Source: Anaerolineae bacterium (GTDB lineage Bacteria; Chloroflexota; Anaerolineae; Epilineales; JAHCIE01). From it: DNA of 64,000 bases. This document shows, in pieces, positions 17,252 through 25,508 of this stretch. A program made the position numbers and the translations under genes. Within the stretch, counting starts at the first letter, position 1. Each line of letters starts with the position of its first letter. The stretch covers positions 300,463 to 364,462 of the forward strand of contig JAXLWL010000005.1 of the NCBI GenBank assembly GCA_046328505.1. The letters run 5' to 3'. The notes under the pieces were generated by a model. The model was not told where the DNA came from, made no database searches, and saw nothing but the letters and a program-made list of their open reading frames with translations.

Positions 17252-20200
17252 CTAGCGGTTCACGTTGTAGCGGAAGTCCACGTACGCCTGACCGCGGTTG
17301 AAGCTGCTCGGCGTCAGCGTCACGCTCGTCGGGCTGTTCGGGCACGAGTTCAACGTCAGCCCTTGCGCCGCGATCCACGTCGGCTGCGCCGGGCTGTCCG
17401 CCATCAGCGTCGCCGACCCACCAGGCGGGATCGTCACGCCGGTGAACGTCGCGTTGCCGGCAGTGTCGACGGTGGCGGTCTTGGTCGTGCCGTCGGGCAT
17501 CTTCAGCAGCAATGTGGTGCCGACGAGCGGGGTGTCACCGGGGGTCCAGAAGACGTTGCAGCCGTAGTCGATGAAGGCACGCACAAGGACGAAGCCGTTG
17601 CAGACGGCGTTGGGGTCATTGAGCGGGCACTGGTAGGGCGACGGGTTGATGACGGTGGAGGCGACGGCGGTGTGGCCGAGGGCATCCATCGCCTCGACAC
17701 GGGCGGTGGCGGGGTGGGTAGTGGAGTAGGTATGCTGGACGGAGGCGGAGGTGGTGAGCTGGATGGGTGAACCGTCGCCGAAGTCCCAGCGATACTGGGC
17801 GATGGCCGCGCCGCCAGAGGAGGAGGCGGAGGCGGTGAGGGTCGTGGGCGAGAACTGGCTGGCGGTGCTCGCCGACAGGCTCACCGAGACCGTATCCGCG
17901 AGCCAGCTCAGAGTCTTGCCGAGGACCTGCTGCTGGGTGGCGAGGCCGGCGGAGTTGTCGATGTTCTCCAGGCCAAAGCCCATCGCCACGGAGCGGTACA
18001 GGTACTTCTGGGCCGGTGAGTCGAGCGTCGGATCCGACGTGCGGCTCCAGGCAATGTTGACGCTGTCCGGCACACTCACGCCCAGCGGGTGGAAGAGAGG
18101 CCGGTTGGTCGAGGCCGCGTTGAACTGGTTGCGGTCGGTATAGGCCTCCGATGCCTCGATGCTGAGTTGGCTGCCCGGCGGGTCGGCGACGAGGGCGAGC
18201 TGTAGACCGGACATCGGGCCGGCACCGTTGGCCGATGGCTTGGGCGGTGTTGCGCCGCCGTACAGATCAGGGTTGGAGACCACGAGGCCGAGGTAGTTGT
18301 TGTACATGCGGCCCCAGGCGGTGCGCAAGTTGCCACTCTCGGTGTGGTATGTCTCGGCTACGTTCTGGCCTGCGACGACCAGGTCACCGCCGTCGTCCAT
18401 CCACTGCATCAAGCGGGTCAGGTCAGTGGTCGAGAACCCGCTGGTGGCGAACCCATCGTTCTCACCCGTGAAGATGAGGACGGCCTTGTACGTGTACAGG
18501 TCGTTCAGGCCCGGGAAGGCTTCCTGGTCGATGTCCAGATAGTCGTAGCTCACGCCGAGCGCCTGGAGGGTGCTCGTGTACACCTCCGAGTAGTTCGGGT
18601 AGCTAGCGTCGACTCCCGAGGCATCGTCGTCAACCAAGAGCACGTCCTTGAGCGTCGAGGGCGGAGCGACGCGGGTCCACAACGGGATGTGGAGCGTCTG
18701 ACCGGTCGCGCTGTTGGTCAACAGGATCACGCCTTCGTACGCGCCAGGCGCGGTGTCGGCGGCCGATGCGACGGTGACCGTGAAGCTGGCCGCGCTGTTC
18801 GCGGCGACGTTAAGCGTGCTCGGCGCGACGCTGAACGCGCTGCCGACCTGCGTAACGGACAGGCTCCACGTGCCGGCGGCACCGGTCAGGTCCGAAGCCT
18901 GGACGGTGATGTGGCGCGTTCCGCCGGCGCGGATCACGCCGCCACTGACGCTGGGTGTGTCAAACGCCAGGCCGGGTGTGCCCGCCTTGGTCAGGTCAAT
19001 GCGGCCCGCGCCCATGTCCATGACGCCGGCCTGTGTGCCGTCGCTGTTGAGGACGCCTTCGGTCTTCGACGTGCTCATGAGCGCCGACTTGATCTGCCAC
19101 GGCTTCCATGTTGGGTGGAGCTGCTTGAGCAGCGCCGCGGCGCCGGTGACATGGGGCGCGGCCATGCTGGTGCCCGAAGCCTGTCCGAAGCCGGTCAGGC
19201 TCGCCGGGTAGTCGGCATTCGCGAAGCCGGATGACAGAACGTTGACGCCGGGCGCTGTGACGTCCGGCTTGATCATCTGGTCCGTGCTCGGCCCGCGAGA
19301 GCTGAAGCTCGCCAGGACATCCGGCGTCACGTTTGTGACACGCGCGCTGGGGTCGATCTGCACTGTGGCGGCATCCGGATGCTGCCCATAGAAGCCGACC
19401 ATGCCGACGCCCATCGAGTGGCCGACGAAGGCCGATGGGATAGTGACGTCGGAGCCGTGCGCGCCGGCTGCCATGTTGAGGACACTATCACCGCCGGCCG
19501 CGTGGTTGTAGATAATCGCGGCGGTCGCGCCCGCGCGCTGCGCATTCCACACCTTCAGGCTGAAGTTGCACGTTCCGCGCTGGATCAGCGCGATCTTGCC
19601 AGTCAGCGAACCGGCGGGAATGTTGTTGTTGGGGTCGCCGCAGGCCAGCGTAGAGCCAGTGCTGTCGACCGTCTCAATCGGCACGTAAAGCGCGGGGCCG
19701 ACCAGGCTCTTGATGGGGGCGCCGAACTCAGCGCTGCCGTAGGGGCTACCCGTCAGGTTCGACGGGACCGGCTGAGGGGCGGTGACATCCACGAATCCGC
19801 TGGCGATCTCCTGCGGCTTCGTGCTCGCGCCGACGGCGATAACCTTCGGTAGATAGGCCGGCTGCCCGGCTGTCGCCGGATCTGGCCCGCTGTTGCCGTT
19901 GGAAAAGACGACTGTTATGCCGGCATCGACCGTAGCGTCGATCGCGTCCTCCAGCGGCGAATGCCCTGGTAGCAGCGCTGGGTAGCCACCCCAGGAGTTG
20001 TTGACGACGTCGGCGCCGTCCTTAACCACGTCCTCGAACGCCAGGAGCAGCTCCGGATCCAACGCGTTGCCGTCCCACTCCGGGTTCCCGCTGTGGTAGA
20101 ACACGCGGTAGCTCATCAGATAGGCGCGCGGAGCGACGCCCTGGATTGTCTCGGTCACGCCCTCGAAGTTGGCCTGTGTTCCGGCGTTGCATGCCACAAT

Positions 20201-21037
20201 GCCGCCGACGTGGGTGCCGTGGTTCGTTGCCTCAGGCACACCCGGGATGGGCAGATTGTCGCCGGGCACAGGGGGATCGTCGGGGCGGAAGTACGCCCGC
20301 GACGCGATGACCTTGTTATTGGTGAAGCGCGTGTCGCCCTTGGGGTAGCCGGGCGGCGCGGTGTAGCCTGTGTCGGTGAAACAGGCGTTCCCGACATACT
20401 CGCCGCTGTCGTTGTAGCGGACGTAGATGCCGCCGTCGATGACCGCAGCCTTGACGCCATCGCCGGCCTTTGCCTCGCCGCCGAGGGACGCCCACAGTGT
20501 CGGCGCGCCGATCCAGTTGACGCTCGAGAAGAGATCGAGGTGGTAGGCGCGCTCGGGGCTGACGGTGACAACGCCGGGTAGCTTACGCACGGCCTTGGCC
20601 TGGTCCGCCGACATCTTGATGGTCATGCCGTTGAATGTCACCTGGTAGGTGTACTCAACCTTGGCGTCTGGCGCGACCTTGCTGATGCTATTGGCGAGCG
20701 CTTTCTGCTGCGTCTCCAGGAATGCCGTGTACGCCTTGGCGGCGGCATCGCTGGTGTCGAGCTTGCTCTGCCCCGTCGCTGCAGCCGAGGTGGCCTTGAA
20801 GCCGGGGATGCCGCCATTGTATTTGGCGACGGGCGGGTCTTTGAGCTGGACAATGTAACGTTGGGGAACGAACTTGGCCGGATCGAAGCCCTGCGGGGCT
20901 TTCGGCGCGGTCGGTGGTTCATCGCCGACGCTGGAACCTGGCGATGGCGGCTGGGCGCTGGCGGTCGCGGCGGCGGCGAGCAGTAGCGCCAGAACCGCGA
21001 CGAGGCCTAGCCAACGAATGACACGGTGTCTCGGCAT
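17252..21037 (-). CDS. Large secreted S8 subtilase: signal peptide, I9 prodomain, PA domain, PKD domain, C-terminal SdrD-B/Cna-B-like domain (copy 1)
   Basis: Signal peptide ending ATASA; triad VIDGGI / NHGTHVGG / SGTSMAAPH; PA ALIQRGTCNF..K; PKD YRWDFGDGS. Confidence 0.9.
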   Translation of the reverse strand: MPRHRVIRWLGLVAVLALLLAAAATASAQPPSPGSSVGDEPPTAPKAPQGFDPAKFVPQRYIVQLKDPPVAKYNGGIPGFKATSAAATGQSKLDTSDAAAKAYTAFLETQQKALANSISKVAPDAKVEYTYQVTFNGMTIKMSADQAKAVRKLPGVVTVSPERAYHLDLFSSVNWIGAPTLWASLGGEAKAGDGVKAAVIDGGIYVRYNDSGEYVGNACFTDTGYTAPPGYPKGDTRFTNNKVIASRAYFRPDDPPVPGDNLPIPGVPEATNHGTHVGGIVACNAGTQANFEGVTETIQGVAPRAYLMSYRVFYHSGNPEWDGNALDPELLLAFEDVVKDGADVVNNSWGGYPALLPGHSPLEDAIDATVDAGITVVFSNGNSGPDPATAGQPAYLPKVIAVGASTKPQEIASGFVDVTAPQPVPSNLTGSPYGSAEFGAPIKSLVGPALYVPIETVDSTGSTLACGDPNNNIPAGSLTGKIALIQRGTCNFSLKVWNAQRAGATAAIIYNHAAGGDSVLNMAAGAHGSDVTIPSAFVGHSMGVGMVGFYGQHPDAATVQIDPSARVTNVTPDVLASFSSRGPSTDQMIKPDVTAPGVNVLSSGFANADYPASLTGFGQASGTSMAAPHVTGAAALLKQLHPTWKPWQIKSALMSTSKTEGVLNSDGTQAGVMDMGAGRIDLTKAGTPGLAFDTPSVSGGVIRAGGTRHITVQASDLTGAAGTWSLSVTQVGSAFSVAPSTLNVAANSAASFTVTVASAADTAPGAYEGVILLTNSATGQTLHIPLWTRVAPPSTLKDVLLVDDDASGVDASYPNYSEVYTSTLQALGVSYDYLDIDQEAFPGLNDLYTYKAVLIFTGENDGFATSGFSTTDLTRLMQWMDDGGDLVVAGQNVAETYHTESGNLRTAWGRMYNNYLGLVVSNPDLYGGATPPKPSANGAGPMSGLQLALVADPPGSQLSIEASEAYTDRNQFNAASTNRPLFHPLGVSVPDSVNIAWSRTSDPTLDSPAQKYLYRSVAMGFGLENIDNSAGLATQQQVLGKTLSWLADTVSVSLSASTASQFSPTTLTASASSSGGAAIAQYRWDFGDGSPIQLTTSASVQHTYSTTHPATARVEAMDALGHTAVASTVINPSPYQCPLNDPNAVCNGFVLVRAFIDYGCNVFWTPGDTPLVGTTLLLKMPDGTTKTATVDTAGNATFTGVTIPPGGSATLMADSPAQPTWIAAQGLTLNSCPNSPTSVTLTPSSFNRGQAYVDFRYNVNR

Positions 21038-21090
21038 TGATACCCTCCATGTAATTGTAGTGACAGTAAACAGATTGGGAGGACGTGCGC

Positions 21091-21118
21091 ATTATATCAC
21101 GGTCTGCTTAAGGGTCAA
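21091..21118 (-). promoter_or_regulatory. Sigma70-type promoter of S8 copy 1
   Basis: TTGACC-N16-TATAAT with TGn extension; same layout upstream of copy 2. Confidence 0.7.
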
Positions 21119-21184
21119 AAATACTCAACGCAGCGTCAAAAAGTAGGTTCCGTTTACCCGCAACCCGACGCAACCATTTCATTA

Positions 21185-21202
21185 TTGTCACTATCTCGAC
21201 AA
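21185..21202. promoter_or_regulatory. Putative transcription-factor site TTGTC-N8-GACAA upstream of S8 copy 1
   Basis: Palindrome 67 bp from the -35 edge; the same motif and spacing occur at 25343-25360. Confidence 0.55.
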
Positions 21203-21222
21203 GTCATGCAATAGAGAATAAG

Positions 21223-21250
21223 GCAGGCCCGTCGGTACCGACGGGCCTGC
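21223..21250. terminator. Hairpin downstream of S8 copy 2
   Basis: gcaggcccgtcggtaccgacgggcctgc perfect palindrome, related to 17137-17164. Confidence 0.7.
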
Positions 21251-21271
21251 GCGTGCATCATCTCAGTTCTT

Positions 21272-21364
21272 GCCCCTCTCCCCGTGGGAGAGGTTGGGTG
21301 AGGGTCTTCGGACTCACGCTACGTTTCAAGACCCTCACCCCATTCCTCTCCCACAGGGAGAGGG
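21272..21364. repeat. CCCTCTCCC...GGGAGAGG-type REP-like pair
   Basis: cccctctccccgtgggagaggttgggtgagggt ... accctcaccccattcctctcccacagggagaggg. Confidence 0.7.
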
Positions 21365-21394
21365 TGTCACACACGATGCGACCGAGCGACGCGC

Positions 21395-24300
21395 CTAGCG
21401 GTTCACGTTGTAGCGGAAGTCCACGTACGCCTGACCGCGGTTGAAGCTGCTCGGCGTCAGCGTCACACTCGTCGGGCTGTTCGGGCACGAGTTCAACGTC
21501 AGCCCTTGCGCCGCGATCCACGTCGGCTCAGCCGGGCTGTCCGCCGTCAGCGTCGCCGACCCGCCAGGCGGGATGGTGACGCCGGTGAAGATCGCGTTGC
21601 CCGCGTTGTCGACGGTCGCCGTCTTGGTCGAGCCGTCGGGCATCTTCAGCATCAGCGTGGTCCCGACCAGCGGGGTGTCACCCGGGTTGAGGAAGACGTT
21701 GCAGCCGTAGTCGATGAAGGCACGCACAAGGACGAAGCCGTTGCAGACGGCGTTGGGGTCATTGAGCGGGCACTGGTAGGGCGACGGGTTGATGACGGTG
21801 GAAGCGACGGCGGTGTGGCCGAGGGCATCCATCGCCTCGACGCGGGCGGTGGCGGGATGGGTGGTGGAGTAGGTATGCTGGACGGAGGCGGAGGTGGTGA
21901 CCTGGATGGGTGAACCGTCGCCGAAGTCCCAGCGATACTGGGCGATGCTGGCGCCGCCGGACGAGGAGGCGGAGGCGGTGAGGGTGGTGGGCGAGAACTG
22001 GCTGGCGGTGCTCGCCGACACGCTCACCGAGACGGTGTCCATGAGCCAGGCCATGGTCTTGGCCGCGACCTGCTGCTGGGTGGCGAGACCGGCGGAGTTG
22101 TCGATGTTCTCCAGGCCAAAGCCCATGGAGGCGCTGCGGTAGATGTACTTCTGCAGCGGCGACTCGAGCGTCGGGTCAGACGCGCGGCCCCACGAGACGT
22201 TGGTGTCGGCGGACGCCGTCGAGCCGAGCGGGTGGAAGAACGGCTTCATCGTCTCGGTCGCCATGTACGTGTCGGTGTCCGTCATGGCCTTCGTCGCTTC
22301 GATGGTCAGCTTGCTGTCCACGGGCGACGGCACCAGAGCGATTTGGACGCCGGCCATGGGGCCGACACCGTTAGCGGAGGGTTTCGGCGGTATCGCGCCG
22401 TTGTAGAGGTCCTCGGTGATGGGCGTCAGACCCAGGTAGCCGTGGTAGAGGCGCGAGCGGCCCAGGCTCGGCGAGCTGTAGCTGGCATTGCTGTCCGTGG
22501 TGTCAGCGACATCCTGGCCGGACATCCACAGTCGCCCGCCGTCGTTCATCCACTCCATCAGGGTCTTCTGGTCTGTCACACTGAAGCCGCTGGTGCTGAA
22601 GCTATCGTTCATCCCCGTGAACACGACAACGGCCTTGTAGTTATACAGGTCATTGAGCGACGGGAACGAGGAAGCTCCAATATCCAGGTAGTCGTAGCTC
22701 ACGCCGAGCGACTGCAGCGTGCTCGTGTAGACTTCCGAGTAGTTGGGGAAGCTGTCATCCACAGATGAGCCATCGTCGTCGACGAGCAGCACATCCGTCA
22801 TCGCCGTCGCCGGCTCGACGCGCGCCCACAGCGGGATGTGGAGTATCTGGCCGGTCGCGCTATTGGTAAGAGTCAGCAGACCTTCGCTCGCGCCAGTAGC
22901 GGCATCGGCTGCTGCCGATACGCTTACCTTGAAGCTCGCCGTGCCATTCGCAGCGCCGTTCAAGGAGCTAGGCGTGACAGAGAACATATTGCCGGTCTGC
23001 GTCACAGCCAGTGCCCAAGTCCCGGCCTGCCCGCTTATCTCCTGGGCCGTGATGGTGAAGTCGTGGCTCTGCCCCGGATGCATCGTGCCGGCGCTGACGC
23101 TCGGCAGATCGAAGCTGAGGGCAGCGTCGCCGGCCCTTGTCAGGTCGATGCGCCCTGCGCCGCGGTCGAGAACTCCGGCAGGCGAGCCGTCAACGACGAC
23201 GACGCCATCGATCTTGGCCGTGCTCATGAGCGCAGACTTGATCTGGGAGGGCGTCCAGTTGGGGTGGAGCTGCTTGAGCAGCGCGGCAGCGCCCGCTACG
23301 TGCGGCGTCGCCATGCTGGTGCCGGACACCTGGCCGAAGCCGATGAAGGGGTTCGGCAATTCGCCATAGCCCGACGATAGAATGTTCACGCCAGGAGCGA
23401 CAACGTCAGGCTTGATGAGCCCACTCTCGGTCGGGCCGCGCGAGCTAAATCCGGCGATCTCGTCGGGTCGTGTGTCGATGACACGACCGTTGGGGTCGAA
23501 CTGGACCGTCGCTGTTCCGGGGTTGGCATTGTAGAAGTCAACCATTCCCACACCCATCGAGTGGCCGATGAAGACCGAAGGAATAGTGACATCGGCCGCG
23601 TGGGCGCCGCCGGCCATGTTGAGGATGCCATCGCCGTTGGCTGCGTTGTTGTAGACAACCGCGGCGATCGCGCCCGCCTGCTGCGCATTCCAGACTTTCA
23701 GACTGAAGTTGCAGGTTCCGCGCTGGACCAGCGCGATCTTGCCTGTTAGCGAGCCGGGCGGGATGGTCGTGCTGGGATTGCCGCACGCCAGGGTAGATCC
23801 TGTCGTATCTACTGTTTGGATGGGGACATAGGGCGCCGGACCGAACAAGCTGGTGATGGGTGGGCCAAACTCCGCGCTGCCGAACGACAGGCCTTGCAGC
23901 TTCGGCGGTACGGGGGCAGGGCCCGTGACATCTACGAAGCCAGTGGCAATCGCCTGTGGCTTCGTGCTTGCACCAACGCCGATTAGCTTGGGCGAGATGG
24001 CGGGCGAGATGGCGGTGGCTTGCTCTGGGCCGTCGTTGCCATTGGCAAAGACACCCACGACGCCCGCATCCCACGCTGCCTCCGCCGCCTGAATCATGGG
24101 GTCAGGCCATGCGAAGGTGTTTTGATAGCTCGCGCCCCACGAGTTGCTGATGACGTCCGCGCCGTCCTTGACCGAGTCCTCGATGGCCTTCACAAGCTCG
24201 ACAACATAGGCGTTGCCGCTCTGGAAGTCCTGGTTGGACACACTCTCATAGAACACGCGGTAATTCATAAGATAGGCGCGCGGCGCGACGCCGGAGATCG

Positions 24301-25192
24301 TCTCGGTCACACCGGCGAAAGTGGCCTGGGTGCCAGCATCACAAGCCACCGAACCCGCCACGTGTGTGCCGTGAGAGCTGGTCTCGGGGATACCCTGGAT
24401 CGGAGTGTCTTCGCCGGGAACGGGCGGATCGTCAGGGCGGAAGTAGGCGCGGGCAACGATCACCTTATTGTTGGTGAAGCGCGTATCCCCCTTCGGATAC
24501 CCTGGCGGGGCTGTATAGCCCGTGTCGATGAAGCAGGCATTGCCGATATAGTTGCCGCTCGCATTGTACTTCACGTAGATTCCCGAGTCGATGATGCCGA
24601 CCTTGATGCCGTCGCCGGCGTTGCCTTGACCTCCCAGCCGATTCCACAGTGTCGGCGCGCCAATCCACGGCACAGCCGAGTAGTCCTGCAACTCGTAGGG
24701 GATGTCGGGCGTCACCGCCCGAACGTTTGGCAGCTTCCGAACGGCCTTGGCCTGCTCCGCCGACATCTTGACGGCCACGCCGTTCAGGACGACCTGATAG
24801 CTCGCCTCGACCTTGGCGTCTGGCGCGACCTTGCTCAGCGCGGAGGCGAATGCCTTTTGCTGCGCATCGAGGTAGGCGGCGTATGCCTTCGCGTCGGCGC
24901 TGTTGGTATCGAGCTTTGTCTGCCCGGCCGCCTTGGCAGAGGTGGCCTTGTAGCCCGCGACTCCGCCATCGTACTTGGCGACCGGCGCGTCTTTGAGCTG
25001 GACGATCCATCGCTTGGCCGGATAGGTGGCCAGATCAATGGTCTGGCGCGGGGCACGTTGCGGTGTAGCAGGTGCCTCGTCACCAGTGCTCGAGCCGGGC
25101 TTGGGCGGCTGAGCGCTGGCGGTCGCGGCCGCGGCGAGTAACAATGCCAGAACCGCGACGAGACCTAGCCAACGAATGACACTCCGTCTCAT
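21395..25192 (-). CDS. Large secreted S8 subtilase, tandem paralog (copy 2) with the same architecture
   Basis: Triad GIIDSGI / SHGTHVAG / SGTSMATPH; PA, PKD and C-terminal domains; 3' end almost identical to copy 1. Confidence 0.9.
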   Translation of the reverse strand: MRRSVIRWLGLVAVLALLLAAAATASAQPPKPGSSTGDEAPATPQRAPRQTIDLATYPAKRWIVQLKDAPVAKYDGGVAGYKATSAKAAGQTKLDTNSADAKAYAAYLDAQQKAFASALSKVAPDAKVEASYQVVLNGVAVKMSAEQAKAVRKLPNVRAVTPDIPYELQDYSAVPWIGAPTLWNRLGGQGNAGDGIKVGIIDSGIYVKYNASGNYIGNACFIDTGYTAPPGYPKGDTRFTNNKVIVARAYFRPDDPPVPGEDTPIQGIPETSSHGTHVAGSVACDAGTQATFAGVTETISGVAPRAYLMNYRVFYESVSNQDFQSGNAYVVELVKAIEDSVKDGADVISNSWGASYQNTFAWPDPMIQAAEAAWDAGVVGVFANGNDGPEQATAISPAISPKLIGVGASTKPQAIATGFVDVTGPAPVPPKLQGLSFGSAEFGPPITSLFGPAPYVPIQTVDTTGSTLACGNPSTTIPPGSLTGKIALVQRGTCNFSLKVWNAQQAGAIAAVVYNNAANGDGILNMAGGAHAADVTIPSVFIGHSMGVGMVDFYNANPGTATVQFDPNGRVIDTRPDEIAGFSSRGPTESGLIKPDVVAPGVNILSSGYGELPNPFIGFGQVSGTSMATPHVAGAAALLKQLHPNWTPSQIKSALMSTAKIDGVVVVDGSPAGVLDRGAGRIDLTRAGDAALSFDLPSVSAGTMHPGQSHDFTITAQEISGQAGTWALAVTQTGNMFSVTPSSLNGAANGTASFKVSVSAAADAATGASEGLLTLTNSATGQILHIPLWARVEPATAMTDVLLVDDDGSSVDDSFPNYSEVYTSTLQSLGVSYDYLDIGASSFPSLNDLYNYKAVVVFTGMNDSFSTSGFSVTDQKTLMEWMNDGGRLWMSGQDVADTTDSNASYSSPSLGRSRLYHGYLGLTPITEDLYNGAIPPKPSANGVGPMAGVQIALVPSPVDSKLTIEATKAMTDTDTYMATETMKPFFHPLGSTASADTNVSWGRASDPTLESPLQKYIYRSASMGFGLENIDNSAGLATQQQVAAKTMAWLMDTVSVSVSASTASQFSPTTLTASASSSGGASIAQYRWDFGDGSPIQVTTSASVQHTYSTTHPATARVEAMDALGHTAVASTVINPSPYQCPLNDPNAVCNGFVLVRAFIDYGCNVFLNPGDTPLVGTTLMLKMPDGSTKTATVDNAGNAIFTGVTIPPGGSATLTADSPAEPTWIAAQGLTLNSCPNSPTSVTLTPSSFNRGQAYVDFRYNVNR

Positions 25193-25248
25193 TGTAGATA
25201 CCCTCCATGTAAACTTGTCAACACATAATCGGTCAGGGGGACAGGCGG

Positions 25249-25276
25249 ATTATATCACCATTGCCTTGAAGGTCAA
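25249..25276 (-). promoter_or_regulatory. Sigma70-type promoter of S8 copy 2
   Basis: TTGACC-N16-TATAAT with TGn extension. Confidence 0.7.
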
Positions 25277-25342
25277 GTGATTGTGACTCGGATTCTGGAG
25301 GACTCGTAATCCGGGTTATGACGAATAGAGACGGTTTCAGTA

Positions 25343-25360
25343 TTGTCACCAATCCGACAA
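25343..25360. promoter_or_regulatory. Putative transcription-factor site TTGTC-N8-GACAA upstream of S8 copy 2
   Basis: Same motif and same 67-bp offset as at 21185. Confidence 0.55.
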
Positions 25361-25508
25361 GTCGATATCATGTCACGATATAGGGCACCTGAGGGGGACA
25401 AACAAAGGCGGCAACGACGGTAGGGTTTGCTGCCGCGAATGGGGAGGTAGTAAGCTGGGCAAGGTGCGGGGGTGACTCGTTCCTGGATCAATGGTGCGGG
25501 GAGCGGCC

